Source: Penicillus capitatus
Taxonomy: Eukaryota > Plantae > Chlorophyta
Direction of reading: 5' to 3'
Assembly (NCBI GenBank): GCA_965649825.1
Contig: OZ287700.1
Coordinates: forward strand, 1,488,001-1,552,000
DNA length: 64,000 nucleotides
How positions within the stretch are numbered: the first letter of the stretch is position 1; every line of letters starts with the position of its first letter. Shown in pieces: positions 11,544 to 25,300 of the stretch. Position numbers and translations under genes: made by a program. A model generated the notes under the pieces. It did not search any database, had not been told where the DNA came from, and saw only the letters and a list, made by a program, of their open reading frames with translations.

Positions 11544-13408
11544 TTGCTGCATCGAAAGACAAATCGAAACAACAAAAACTATAACATGGAGAGAATCAAT
11601 GCATTTCGTTATGGTCCAACATTGGCGCTTTACGCTGCGAAAAGGGGATACACGCGAAACTTGAAGATGTTGATCCAGGCGGGTGTTGACATCGAAATCA
11701 GAGACCCAGATGGTCAACATCACCTCTCTGCCTTCATCTCCACCGACAGTGTGCTTTTTATGAAGGCATCGAGCATCCGGACGATGAAGGCTGTACCCCA
11801 TTGCTTTTGGCTGCAAAAACGGGAAACTACAGGGCTGTGAAATTCCTCACGGAATCCCGCGCAAACGTTCTCGCATGGTAAGGCCATCCCCCTTGGCAAT
11901 GCGTGGCATTTAATACACCTTCTGTTGATGTGCGCAGTTCGGAGGAAGATGTTTCAGCGTTGCAGTTTGCGTCTATCATTGGTCATACGAAGATCGTCGA
12001 ACTTCTCATCTCTTCTGGATGTAGCATTGATCACTATAGCTTTGACGGTTTCACTGCATTGCATTGTGCGGCAAAACACGGTCATGTAGACACCACAAGA
12101 TTATTGGTTCGAAGAGGGTGCGTCTTCTGTCGGAAGCCCCTCTGTTACACTTTTCATTTGGAATCTAGAGCGGATATCACAGCTAGGACCGGCAAACAAC
12201 ATACTCCATTGTCCCTGGCTGTAAAGCACGGACACCTTGGAGTTGTAAAGGTGTTAATTGGGTGCGGGGTCCACACGGAATTGGTTAAAAATAAAGTGCG
12301 TGGTCTGTCTATTATTGACAGAGATCGATTTCGCCGTCGTGACTGTCAGGGATTTACTCCATTACTGTTGGCCGCTAAGAAAGGACATACAGCTATTGTC
12401 AAGTATCTCATACTATCAGGAGCATGGTTGGGTGCAACCACCGATTCGCAATCATCCGCTTTGCATTTCGCTGCATTTTATGGACATAAAAACGTTGTCA
12501 AGTGTCTTATTGGTGCTGGGATTCGTCTCAACGCTCAAGAGTCGGAAGGATACACGCCCTTACACTTCGCTGCACAAGCTGGACATTACGGAGTAGTCAA
12601 GATTCTGTTAGGTAACACAACATCCTTGTTATGGATCGATCGATCGATCGATTTCGACAGACATGCCCTTTCATGACGGTTATGTTTGACAGAGGAAGGT
12701 GCGGATGTTGACAGAAGAACGTTGACCGGAGTGACGCCCCTGATCCTGGCATCTAAGAAATCGAACCCAAAAATCGTAAAGTTGTTACTTCAAGCCGGAG
12801 CCAATGTCGACGTGCAAACGGACCTGGGCTCCACCGCATTACACTTCGCAAGCTACTTTGGTCATAGTAAGGTTTCAAAGCTTTTGGTTATGCACGGAGC
12901 GAATCTGGAATTGCAAGAGGCAGAGGGGTTCACACCTTTACTCTTTGCCTCTCAAGAAGGACATTTGGCAATCGCGAGAAGTCTGGTGCGAAGTGGCGCG
13001 AATGTCAATGCCGCGACCATTAGGGGATTCACAGCATTGATGCTAGCAACGGATGGGGGATGGATTGAAATCGTTGACTATTTGATCACCGTTGGGGCAG
13101 ACGTGGATGCGACAACGCTGAAGAAGGAGAGTGCGATTCATTTGGCAGTCAAGGCTGGGTCGAATGACATATTGGAGTTGCTGGCTTGTGCCGGTGCCAA
13201 TCTGGATATGCCAGTAATGATATAGACATACGATGTTGCCTGCGAAGTGTCGACGTCTGTGTGCCTTGTGTGTTTGCAGGACGACCGAGGAAAGGTTCCT
13301 GTTGCATGGGCTGTTCGTTATGGGAATCGAGGCGCCATCCATGTACTGTTGGATCATGGGGCTCGGCCTGACATTGACGATGACGATGATGAACTCCTCG
13401 ACCTCTAA
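11544..13408 (+). CDS. Ankyrin-repeat protein (about 15 repeats), multi-exon
   Basis: Many G-x-T-P/A-L-H-x-A-x-x-x-G-H repeats (GFTALHCAAKHGH, GYTPLHFAAQAGH, GSTALHFASYFGH, GFTPLLFASQEGH). Last exon DDRGKVPVAWAVRYGN..DDDDELLDL* ends at 13408. Confidence 0.9.
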
Positions 13409-14792
13409 GCTGGTTGGTCCATTCACATCTGCGCTGACGACGACGACCTGAAGAACGCACCCATGCACTAATTGTTAAGAGCAAATAATCGCAAGAAGGG
13501 GCTGGGGCAGACTGTTAGAAGCACACGAGTAGGGAGGGTCACGATCTCATCGTTATCCCAGCTGGACTGTCTAAGAAGCTGTGTGATTCGGTCGGGCTCT
13601 TTGTTTGGTGCGGTGTTAGAGAGCACGAATGGAACGCCTTTACATGCGAGCAAGCGAGCAAGCAAGCGAGTCTACTGCATTTGCTCCTTTTTGTTCATGT
13701 CCTTTTATACATATTCTGTCTGTCCAATGACGCGAACCGTCGAGGGCAAGAGTTGGCAATGCTTAGCACCTCGGCCTTGTCGACGACGACCTTTTGTGGA
13801 TTATCATCTCTGTTCACAGCTTTGGTGAATTTCTTGGTAACAAACACTTCTCGTGCTCTATCAGGCTTCGTATCTGTCGCTAAACCTTGCATATTTTGAC
13901 AGCATAAGAATCAGTGCATCTCCAGTTCTAGATGAGATTTATATCTAGTGATCTTTTCTAGTTTACATGTATCTTTCTCTCTTTATGTTCAGCGCACCTG
14001 CCTGACCCTGAAACCTAAGTCGCAGCAAAGATTCATCACAATTTGATTTCTAGCATCTTTGCATGCGTTCAATTTTGGCATCGGCTGCACTAGATCACGC
14101 ACGAACCTAGTGCGTGCCTCGTTGACACCGCCAATCAATATGTCTAGCGTCCTGAAAACTGATGACAATGAGTAGTCTCCTGGCCGTTTAATATTTCATT
14201 AGGCATTGCGCCTGCTTTCGATGTCGCACTGCTCTCAGAGTTCGTGCTATTCGATATCTCACTATCAAGTCCACTCCTAGCTCTAACTGTTATGCCATTC
14301 CACTCGCAGCCACCGATGTTTTCTTTCATTAGACGACTGTAACATTCCAAGAACCCTCTCTGAATGCACTAACGACCATATATCTTAATTCATGCCACAG
14401 GATCGTTGCCCTTGAAGAGCACCTGTGGCAGTTGCCGTACTCGACGTCTCTCTTGACGACGGACGCCATTCGCGACCAGATTTTGGCATGGACCTCAAGA
14501 AAGTCGATGACGCAGAGAGTACAAGTGGCACGCTCGTTGCCTTCAGAAAGAATGAGACATGCACAGCCATGCCTTAAGAGAACAAAAAAAGAATCGACGG
14601 CACGGTTCATTGAGCGAATAAATATCCGGTCTTGAGCGCGTCCGCTCCAGAGCATAACTCGCATTCCGTCGTCCGCTGTCCTTGCGTCGCGTTCGTTTCA
14701 AAAAGCAGAATCGCCTTTCCTGCCGCTGACTGGGCTCGCGAGTTCGGTCTCCCGTTCGAACACTCATACCTACAACTGAGCGTGCTTTTCTG

Positions 14793-16344
14793 ATGCGAAC
14801 GTTGTCGAGAACAGTCGTTGACCATATCAAGCGACTTCTCAGACGTCGGTCCAACGAGACAATGAATTGCAAACCGGTTGGCGACTCTCTCGCGAACGCA
14901 TTCACTGCACTCGAAGCCTGGATCGACGCTCTGCCGACAGACTGGAACGTGACCGTCACAGCCACGGTGCCCCTACCGTCCAACCTCAACTCCGAGGACA
15001 TTCGTCGCGTAAAGATATCGTTCGAATGGAACGAAAAGGTCCACGCCACGCAATAGGTTGCTCTCTATGCAACAACAGTGGATGACGCCGAGGTACTCTG
15101 CCACCGAATCGATATCCAGAATCCAAAGAGCTCGTTCACGCCGCTCCTCCTGCTCTCCGAAATGGTGAGATCTGAGTGTCATGCATGGATGGCGTTCTTG
15201 AAGGGAGATCGCCCTATGGTGTTTCCAGATCGCTTTTGCACATCCTCGTCTGCGCACTGCTGTGCGAGAGCACCTCAAATCTGAGAGTGTTCTCCACATT
15301 GCGATCCATGGACACGCTCAATGCCGAGAGCCAGCAGGGAAACTCTTTCTCCGACTGTGGGCTGCTGCTCTCCCGCAACAACACGCATCCGATGTCGTTC
15401 TCCTCTTGCACAGTTCTCTCGTGATCTCGGGCCTCTCTCGATGAGATGGCACCTCGTAGATCGGTCTGTTGCAGGAAAGCTTGAAATCTGAAGCTCTCGT
15501 GTGTATCTCTTCCATTGCGGCTGGTCATCCATTCCACTTGTACAGCGTCCGAGAAGCTTTGAAAACAGGAGGTTCTCCAACAGATGACACGCTTTTGTAT
15601 TTCTTTCGTCTCTATGCATCTACAGAAAACGCACAGGTGAACATCGAGATCCTCTGGCCCTCGGCACAGCATACGTTTACAGATCAAAGACAGCATTTCT
15701 CTGCTTCTCTTGTGGCTGCTTTTACAGAACCTATCCCAATGGCAGACCTTTTCGCTCTCCATGAATGAGGTTCTGGCGCTCGTCATCCAGCGCTGCAAAC
15801 AGAGCGAGGAAGCAAACATACAGCTCGCACTCCTCGATGGTCTGTCGGATTTGTACATGAACGCTGTGACATTAGAGTACACCTCTTGTCCTTCATCTAC
15901 GGTTAGATAATTCGTGGGTGTGTTACGTCCAGGTCTGTCTATTTTTGTGAAGGGATTGATCTTATTTCTGGTCTTCTCAATACCATGAGGCATTGTTCTT
16001 TCTTTCATGAAGCACTTCCATTTTGCGACTCGGTCGAGACGCCCTTCGAAGCCATTGCCAAACAGGCACGATACCTGATACAACATCCAGAAACTCAGAG
16101 TGCATTCAAGTATGTGATGTCCATTGAGTTAGCAGGCCGCGTATGGTCTGCGATTGACATTTCTCTAGATCAAGCGATATCTCACGCCAGTTGGCCAACA
16201 TCGCCAGCGATCAGGCGTTTCTCCAACACGAACGCTTCCATTCAATATCGGAGACGTACCTTCGACCCCTCCTCTGTGATACAGACCCAACGTCGTCTTT
16301 ATGAGCCCTCTTCTTGCATAAAAGGGCAATGCTACACAACGTAG
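14793..16344 (+). CDS. Hypothetical multi-exon alpha-helical protein; family not recognised
   Basis: Successive ORFs (14793, 15078, 15262, 15469, 15710, 15985) can be joined by ~50-65 nt GT-AG introns into a Leu/Ala-rich helical sequence. Boundaries approximate. Confidence 0.4.
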
Positions 16345-16523
16345 AAATAACAGACGGACATTCTCTCTTTGCTAAATAATGGGCATCTTTCAAAAGCTTG
16401 CCTGCAATCCATATCTGTGCTATTCAAAGAGTGACGATTATTTGTGCTTATTTGCTAAAATGTTTCATAAGGGGGAAAGTGTGTGTACAGTGCAGAATAA
16501 GAACAACTGGTACTCTCTTGGGC

Positions 16524-18102
16524 TCAATCAAGAGTTTTTCGCAAAAGGTGCTTTTGATCCTGCCCAAAGAATCGAACAATACCTGGGCTTGTCCTTTCGG
16601 TCGTGTAGCCGAACTTCCTGTAAAGCTTCCCGGCAACATCGTCTTTCACCCTGTCTCACACATCTCAGAATGCGAAATCGCAAAAGAGTGTGATTTCACA
16701 GGAGATGTAGATAGATGTCCTTGATCGGCGTGCTTTGAACAATCTGCTCAGCTGCTTTGAGGAGCCTCGATGCATGCCCCTGTCTTCTGAACACAGGCTG
16801 CACCGCAATGTTGGAAACGTAAGCAGCGTCTTCTGGTGGATTAAGCAAGAGAAAGAGGGATCGAGATGAGGCAGATAAGGAAAGCTCTGCGGTACCCAGC
16901 AGCACCTCTCCTATACAAACGACCTATCAATACTCAAAGGACAGAAGAAGAGAACACGACGAGAAGAGGCTGGACCAACAACTGCTTCGTCATCCACGAC
17001 AGGAGAAGCTTCTTGTGGTACGACGTCCTCTTCCTGATACACAGCGATCAAAGGACAGGCATCGAAGGAGACCCAACTTGTGATGGAAATGCTTCCTCAA
17101 ATGCATCCATCTCCGCAGGTTCAGCCACTCTCTGAAGCGATCGCTCTTTGTCCTCATCGATCTCCATGCGAAAGCTGCTGAAGACGGTCGAGATGGTCTT
17201 GGCAGGTGCTGGTCGCATGTCCTCTAATTCAGGGACAGTCTGCGATGCCTCTTCTTCGTCCATTGCAGAGGGAAAACTGCGAAACATTGGCTGCAGGTAA
17301 CCCTCTGGTTTCACGTATGTATCCTGATCTCCGTTATCCACTGGCTCAAGCATTGCGACCAGGACCACACCATCCTTGTCCGACTGCAAGTAGTCTTCCA
17401 GATACCGTGTGATCTCTTTTCTCAACAGCCATCTGGACACGATAGACACATTGCGTCGTGGTAGGGATGGAGTTGTCTTCGACTTTAGAGTTCGAGTGTA
17501 ACCTAGGACGACGCTGAAGGTGTTTGCAAGGAGACAGGCGACGGCATCAATGTCATCTTTGCGAAGGGACCTTATGCGAACAATGCCGCTCTCCGTTTCT
17601 TCCTACATACTCTTACACGCTTCTCTGTCTCAATGCACTCGAAACACCACAACCTCAGCACAGAACCCTTGTAGTGGCGGCTCTACGTTTCCCTGCACGG
17701 CCAACAGCAACATCTTCACACCGAACGCAGCGTATCTCTGCTGGGATGCCACCTCCGTAAATGCCTGCGTCGTGGAGAGGGTCAGATCGGGTCCAGAAAC
17801 GCGAGTGAAGGAAAAGAACGTTGTGGCTCGTTGCAGACGCGAAGGTGTCATCGTGCCGATCGAATGTCGTCTCTGTTGCCCGCTTGAGAATGGTGCCACC
17901 CTAAGGATAGAATCGAACACGGGAGACGTCTTCGAAAGGACCTCACTCGAGTAGGCCGACACTTCGACGAGCTCTCGTTGGGAGCATTCTTTTCCCTAAC
18001 CGGAAGGGCTGTTGTACGACATCTATCCTTCGACGTCATGCACTCTCCACGTCTCGTCGCCCTTGCTTCTGTCGTGGCGTTTCTGACATACTTTGGCATC
18101 AC
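16524..18102 (-). CDS. GNAT-family N-acetyltransferase, probably plastid-targeted
   Basis: Motif A AYVSNIAVQPVFRRQGHASRLLKAAE; after an intron, IYLHLLVKDDVAGKLYRKFGY (motif B). Stop at 16524. Upstream exons and start approximate. Confidence 0.8.
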
Positions 18103-18386
18103 TCTCTACCGCCTTCTCGTAAACCCATACCCAGACGATGATTGAACACCCGAGGCGCCCTCTTTTATTCTATCCTTTGAACATCTCACTCTTCCTTTGT
18201 GTCTAGGTGACTCTTTTTTCTCCTGTTCTCCACTGGACTCAGCGGAGCAAAGCTGAAGTCAAGGGGAGACAGAGCATAGACTTCATGACAGGCTGTGGGA
18301 TTCGTTCTTTGTTTGTTGTCGTTGTTGTGGAAGGATAATGATGTGACGTCCATTGCTGTGGTCATTCGCCGCTCTCCTCTATCTCC

Positions 18387-19167
18387 ATGAGAGTCCGCAC
18401 CTTGCGCCTCTCATCTGCTGCGCGTCGCGGCCGTCAACGCCGCCTCGATCTTTCATGTCACGCTCGAACTGCTCGGCGTGCACCTCCACGTGTCCGCGTT
18501 GCGTTTCAGCTGCCCTACCGCACGCGCTTTGGCCAAAGTGTGACTCTCGTCGGTTCAGGCCCATTGGGCGCGTGGGATCCACGACGAGCCATTTCGATGA
18601 CATGGACAAAAGGAGATATCTGGAAAGCAGACATCACAACGACAGACCTCGTGCCCGGTGACATCATCCACGTACATTTCAACCACGAACCCTGTCTCTA
18701 TGTATTCCTGTGATATTGTTCAGTATAAGTACGTCATCTGCAATGCCGATGGGGCGATCGAAGCATGGAAACCGGGAGAAGATCTTAATCTACGCGTCCC
18801 ATCTTCTCTTGAGAATGTGGATCAAGCCCAGCTGCACATCGTGGACACGTGGGATGGTGCCGTGCACGAAGTGGCCGTCGAGACGATCACTGACAAGAGC
18901 AGCGAAGAAAACAAGAGTGACAGTTCTCCAAAGCCATCGGCTGAGAGTTTCATGCTGTCAGCTTTAAAAAATTCCTATCAAGATTTGGAAGTGAAGCTGA
19001 ACGCCGCTCAGAGTCTGTTGGAAGTGACGACCGATCCAGGCGCAAAAGAGATGGTTCTGGCAGACAGAGAGCTGGCAATTGCAGCGAACAAAGCTTCGGC
19101 ACTGACCAAAGTCGTCGAGGCAGCTTCGCAAGAAGCAGAGATCCAGCAACAGAAACGTGGCTGCTGA
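18387..19167 (+). CDS. Starch-binding CBM20 protein with transit peptide and acidic helical C-terminus
   Basis: RVAFQLPYRTRFGQSVTLVGSGPLGAWDPRRAISMTWTKGDIWKA, an intron, then QYKYVICNADGAIEAWKPGEDLNL (CBM20 signature). No catalytic domain follows. Confidence 0.85.
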
Positions 19168-19300
19168 GATGATCATCTCGACCCTTTCGCACTAGAGTAG
19201 AAAATCACACAAGGGATTGTATTGTTTGGTGGTCCCTGGTCCCATCGTTGCACAATCGAGTGCGATCGGTCCAGGGCGGGGGACTGGGAAATGGGCGTTA

Positions 19301-20951
19301 CTAAAGCATCTGGTGCAGTTGCTCCAGTACTTTGTCAACAACGTGCTGTAATCTAGACAGACGGTTCTCCGAATCGGGCTCCTGTGCCAGAGAGGCATCG
19401 ATGTGTTGCCGTATCTTGCATAGACGTGTCTTCATGGCTTCTAGCGCTTTGCGTTCGAGGACGCCAGAAATGGATGACTGTTCGGCTTGGTCTCGGACCA
19501 GGAGAAAGAGGTAGAGATTGAGGACGGCGCTGTATAGTTCTGCCCGTTCAATCACATCAGTCATGTTCTCCTTTTCCCTCAGCATCTTCTTCACGAGATC
19601 AAAAACATGAGGAGAGGCAAAAACGGATTTCATAGAATGTGTATTCCGGGCAGATACGACAGAATGTCGCAGTTGTTGAACCACGAGGGCAGCAATGTCA
19701 GAGAAGGGAACAAAAACCAATTCTTTGAAAAGCTGCCATCGTATGTCTTCTGTGCAGCTCTGTATCAGCAGAGATAATCGATCAGCTGCTTGGGCTTTGA
19801 TCACGCCAAGAGGATGCAGTTGCATATGATTGACAAGCTTCAGGCAGAGTTCCTTCAGATCATCGACATCTGACAAGGGATGTTTCTCGACGGCGGCAGG
19901 AATCATGCATAACCCTGCCAGAATGCATGGAGCTTGTGAAGCAGAGCTGTCAGCTGTCAACAGCATCTGGACAACAGAGAGATCACTATCTGTAAACAGT
20001 CGGGGAATGGTCGAGTATTGATGGGCTGCCCATTGAAGCATGCCACATCCTAATCTCAATTCTTGCTGTGTTTCGGAGACATCCTCCTCGTCTTCTTCAG
20101 AACGATTCCAGACCTCTGCCATGTGAGAGACGCTTTCTTGGATCGGACGTTGCGGAAAGGGCAGTGCTCTCAAGAGCGATCCGAGTTTTGTCGTCACTTC
20201 CTGCTCCATGCTTTTTCCTCCCTCTGCACAATTCTGCTGCAGGATGATCATCACAGACAACAAGCAGCTCAACGAGAGCACCACGAAAGCCATGGTCTCT
20301 TCAGAGACGACCTCGCCGCTTTCGTCGCCCTGCAACTCTCTGCCTGTTTGCAAGAAGGCGCAAATGGACGGTTCGCATTCGGACGTAGACAAATCTTCAC
20401 AGTCTTCCAACAATCTCTTCGCGGCTTTGTGTATCAACTGCAGGGCGATGGAAACAAATCGCTCACGTTTTCTTTGAATCCTCTGGATGCACATAGGCAG
20501 CATTCTTAGGCTGCTTTCAAGGACGGATAGCATTTCATCGACACTGCTCCTCTCCAAAAGCAACGACAGACCATCTGTCCATCCTACAGCAGCCGAACGT
20601 TATGTCCATCGGGACCTTCCTTGGTTGAATCTTACCTGTGAAGACCTCTCTCGCTGGGCCGTTCTGCGACATGATCTCCAGAATGGCGACGCTCAGATCG
20701 TGGCAACGTTGGGAGAGCGTCCCGCATACGAGACAAGGAGTGTAGAGATACAGTGTTGTCTGCTCTAACAGTTCTTCGATTCCTGGAGTGTCTTTGCGAA
20801 AGACCTCCTCCAGAGCCTCCAAAAGAGGCCGTGCCTTTTCCTCCTCGCTCTTTTCGTAGCAATCCATGAGCTCACACTGCAATATCTGAGCATTTTCGAC
20901 GAGAACATCCCCCTGTCCGATAGAACGCATAAGTGTGACCATCCAATTCAT
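19301..20951 (-). CDS. Glomulin/ALF4 (Ybp/Kinetochor_Ybp2-like) family protein
   Basis: SQRCHDLSVAILEIMSQNGPAREVF, LPMCIQRIQRKRERFVSIAL, LIQSCTEDIRWQLFKELV and ELYSAVLNLYLFLLVRD resemble ALF4/GLMN blocks. One intron near 20600. Confidence 0.65.
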
Positions 20952-21232
20952 GACGCCAGATTTGCTCGGCTGTGCCGTGTGACAAACACAAGGTCAGTTC
21001 CAGGTGTCGCGCAGAATGCATTGACGGTGTCGTACAATCGGTTGTCGCGAAGGACCGCCGCGGCGAGACGATGGCGCTCTCGGCACAGTTTCCGCGACGT
21101 CTCCTCTCTGCTTGCGCTTCGATCCGTTGGCTCCAGAACATAACATCAACGACGCGTCCACCGACGGTCAACGAAGAGTGAGAGCTCTCTCCTCTGCCGC
21201 TGTCCTTCTAGTTATGTCAGCAGGGATCGGAA

Positions 21233-22011
21233 ATGGACAGAGGGAAATGGATCTTCCCTGCCAACGTTCATGCGGTTGTTCTTTCCGTCGCCACCCACTT
21301 CGCCTTCAAAAGTGCAAGCAAGCTTTGGAGGGGAATGTGCTCTTCATTGGCATCTCGTGCCGGACAGAGATCGACGATTTGGGAGACTCTCCGATCCCGG
21401 ATGCTACAAGGAGACGTGATCGCGCTGAACAAGACCCCGCCGCCACCCGTTGTGCAGCCACCATGTCTCTTACATAACAGCGCTGCGAGATTTAGGAATG
21501 GCGCTTTCCGGCTGTCCATGTCCTGGAACGTCCAGTTGTCACAGACAGTGATATCTACGGAAGCATCTTTGCCATTACCATCAATCAGATTCTGCGAAAG
21601 AGAACAGGAAGAAAGCGGAAGCGCATTCCGAAGAAGCTCAAAAAATCGGCACTGGGCAACAGTCCACAGAGACGCGGCGTTGTGCTGCGTGTCTACACCA
21701 CGACACCAAAGAAACCCAACTCGGCATTGCGAAAAGTGGCAAAGATTCGGGTAACGACAGGATACGAAATCGTCGCACACATCCCGGGCGAAGGACACAA
21801 TCTCCAAGAACACGGTGTCGTCCTCATTCGCGGTCCAATCTCATCTCACTCAAACCTTCCTTCTCACACTTTTCTTTCAGGCGGTCGCGTCAAAGATCTG
21901 CCTGGTGTGAAGTATCGTGTGGTCCGTGGCGCTATGGATCTGCAAGGCGTGGTAAATCGCAAGACTGCTCGATCGAAGTATGGCACACCGAGATCGGACA
22001 AATCCAAATGA
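21233..22011 (+). CDS. rps12: Nucleus-encoded bacterial/organellar-type ribosomal protein uS12, probably mitochondrial, with N-terminal extension
   Basis: [60 protein letters not shown]|[24 protein letters not shown] 48-nt GT-AG intron at 21833-21880 and a second intron ending at 21495 link it to an Arg/Ser-rich leader. Start is 21233 or 21335. Confidence 0.9.
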
Positions 22012-22336
22012 TGTGACGTGCGGAGACGACGTTGTACGACACCTTGGAGATTGTAAGCCATGCATCCTAGTGATTGAGAGACCTCCTTGTCGTTTCTCTG
22101 CAGCCGGCAATCTATAAACGGCACCGCGATCTTGGCAACTGTTCGCGATTCCTCTGAAGTTCACTATGCGCCGAACGCGTTCGGTAAGTCGAATCGCATG
22201 CCTTCCCAGCTGCGTGTCGCTTCGTTGCCGTACGCGAACGTCTTCTTCGGCTTTTCACTTCTGTCACTGTCTTGCGTGTTCTGCGCGTGTTCTGCATGAG
22301 AAGCGGCCAAATCGCCATGTGAATGCGTGTACAGCC

Positions 22337-25300
22337 ATGATGATTTCGGGACGTTATCTTTCTTCGACAACATCTGTACATGCGTTTTCGTCGGACGTAT
22401 CGCGCCAAGGGCTAGATAAAAGGAGTCACTCTGCTACGCAGTTGACAGATGTGACGGAATGTGGAGATGAAGATACGAAGATCGTCATCGGCATCTGCGC
22501 CATGGACAAGAAGGCATACCATCTCGACGGCGATATCGTTTATGATATGCACAACTAGGCACTGTCGAATCCAATGAGTGAGATTCTTAAGCGACTGACC
22601 GTTCATGGAGAATTTACGATCCGCATCTTTGGAGATGAGGTGCTGCCGAAGTGTGAGATAACATCTCGACGGTTTCGTTTTGATTTGTGCAGATGATTCT
22701 GAATCACCCGGTTGAGGAATGGCCGATGTGTGACTGCCTGTTCTCTTGGCATTCAAAGGGATTCCCGCTGAGCAAAGCTGAAAAATACGTCGCGATGCGA
22801 CAGCCGTTTGTCATCAATGACGTCAACAAACAGAAAGTTCTCAGAGATCGTCGCAAAGTTTACGCTATGCTCAGAGTACAGTCAGTAGCTCCGATCGGAA
22901 AGTGAGATGAATGGACACTGCAGGACGCCGGAATACAAATTCCAGTTCATATCACTGTCAGTCGAGATGACTTGCCGCCTGGTTTGCACTTCTCTAGTGA
23001 GAAGACCATCAAGGCGTCTGTCATTCAGGAACGGATCCAGAAGGCTTTGTGGAGACGGTGGATTATGTGGAGATGCATGGTGTGCGGATTCATAAGCCGT
23101 TTGTAGAGAAGCCTGTCAGCGGTGACAATCACAACATCAACATCTACTACCCGCAACAGAAGGCATCGTGTCTACGTGATGATTTCTTGGTGAAAAGACT
23201 GATGGGACTGCTCTTAGGGAGGAGGCGTGAAATGCCTGTTTCGTAAACTGAATAACCGTTCAGCAGAGTACCTGCCAAATCATCCAGGAAATGTCCGCCG
23301 TGATGGATCGTTTATTTATGAGGAGTTTTTAACAACGGGCGGGACAGATGTCAAAGTCTACACGGTGTGTGTGTCTTCAGAGATGGATCCAGTTTCCTAT
23401 CCGCTTCCTTCCAGGTCGGTCCCCGTTATGCCCATGCAGAAGCGAGAAAATCGCCAGTGGTGGATGGGGTCGTCCAGCGAACACCTGAAGGCAAGGAAGT
23501 GCGTTTTCCTGTTGTCCTGGACAAACAAGAGAAAGAGGTCAGACACCCGTGTCACACAAATCACGCTGGTCACTCTTTATGGGACAGATTGCCAGGGCAG
23601 TGACATTTGCCTTTGGCCAGAAAGTATGTGGTTTTGATTTGCTGCGTTCGGAGAAGGGTCCGTTCGTTTGCGATGTCAATGGGTGGAGCTTCGTCAAGAG
23701 TTCTTATAAATACTATGAAGATGCCGCGGAGATTCTAAGAATGGCGATTCTGCATCGTCTTGCGCCCCACAAGGTCTCTATGCACCACAAAATCCATTTC
23801 GCCAGGATGGCAGACTGTCCCAGCTCTCCCGAAATACAAATGACACGAGATAACACATCTTTTGATGACCTCGATGAGCTGAGCAATAAGAGTCAGCATT
23901 TTGCTGAGAAAATCTCAAGCCTGGATGACTGGCTGGGTGCATCTGTCTTAGATGGTGACGATGTCCGTAACTGGGAAGAATTGCGTTGTGTTCTGATGGT
24001 GGCCCGACATGGAGACCGAACGCCCAAGCAGAAAATGAAGATGGTGGTTTGCGAAGTATACTGCTTTGCAGATGCGGCTTTGGATCCTATGACGGCATCT
24101 AGGCACCCTTTTTGGGACTCTTTGAAAAATACAAGGACGAAAAGGGGAGTCAGGCAACACTGAAGGCCCCTGCTCAACTTCAAGAGCTGCTCGATGTCAC
24201 GCGTACACTCTTGAAAGACAAGAATGCCTCACAGAGACATCGATCCTCCGCGAATGCTGCGAGCCGATTCTCAAAAGGCGAAGTGAAAAGCGAAGTCTCG
24301 GATTCTGAGAAAGAGGCAAAGGACGTGGTGGATGTATGTCGTCATCAATGTATCGATCTCAATGCTCGTGGCATTTGTTTGTGTTATACCAATAGGAGGA
24401 GTATAGGGAGAAGCTACGCATCATTGTTAGCGTACTGGAAGCTGGTGCGAAGCTATCGAGGCAGTTGGGCGTGTACCTAACTCGATATCGTTGATGCTAC
24501 ATAGGTGGTCATTTCTCAGGGATCAATCGGAAAGTGCAACTCAAGCCTGTGAAATGGACGCTTCCAGAACAGGGCTCTTCAGAAGCATCTCGCGCCAAAG
24601 AAGTGCAAAAGCTACCCGATAGTGGCGTCCAATATGCGTCCGTGCTCAAAGGTGCTGTTGATCATGAAACACGGAGGCACCTTGACTCATGCCGGAAGAC
24701 AGCAGGCCGAGAACTTCGGTCGACAGTTTCGCACAACGATGTACCCGGGGCACGGCGTCTCTGTGATTCACGAGTATGATCACGGCTGTTTGTGTTGTTA
24801 CAGTGTGGGAATGTCAGAGGGCAGAACAAGTGGTCTATTGCGTTTGCATAGCACCTATCGACACGACCTCAAGATTTACTCCAGTGATGAAGGCCGCGTC
24901 CAGACATCGGCCGCCGCCTTTGCCAAAGGTCTCCTGGATTTAGAAGCCATATCCTTGACACCGATCCTCGTCAGTCTCGTTCAAAAAGTGTGACATACAT
25001 GGTATAAGGGCCGATCGAGTCGCTGGTGCAGGACACAGGGATGTTAGATTCGTTCGATAAAGGAGCATCGGAAGATATCCACCAATCCAAAATCGAACTC
25101 TACGACCGAATCACCTGGAACAAAGAGAAGCAATGCTCCATGCAATCCCTCGGACGTCGACCGCTTACCTCGATCTCTGAATGCGTCGGTTGATTTGTTG
25201 TTGTCTTTCCAGGAAGTATCACTGTTCCGACGCCGCCGTCTTCTCCTTCCAGGAGTCTGGCAGAACGGATAGCTGCCGGGACTGCCGATCCATCTGGCGG

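Noticed and set aside
13468-13892. Two short minus-strand ORFs (13695-13892 and 13468-13665)
   Set aside because: May be exons of a small gene, but neither the junction nor the family is supportable.
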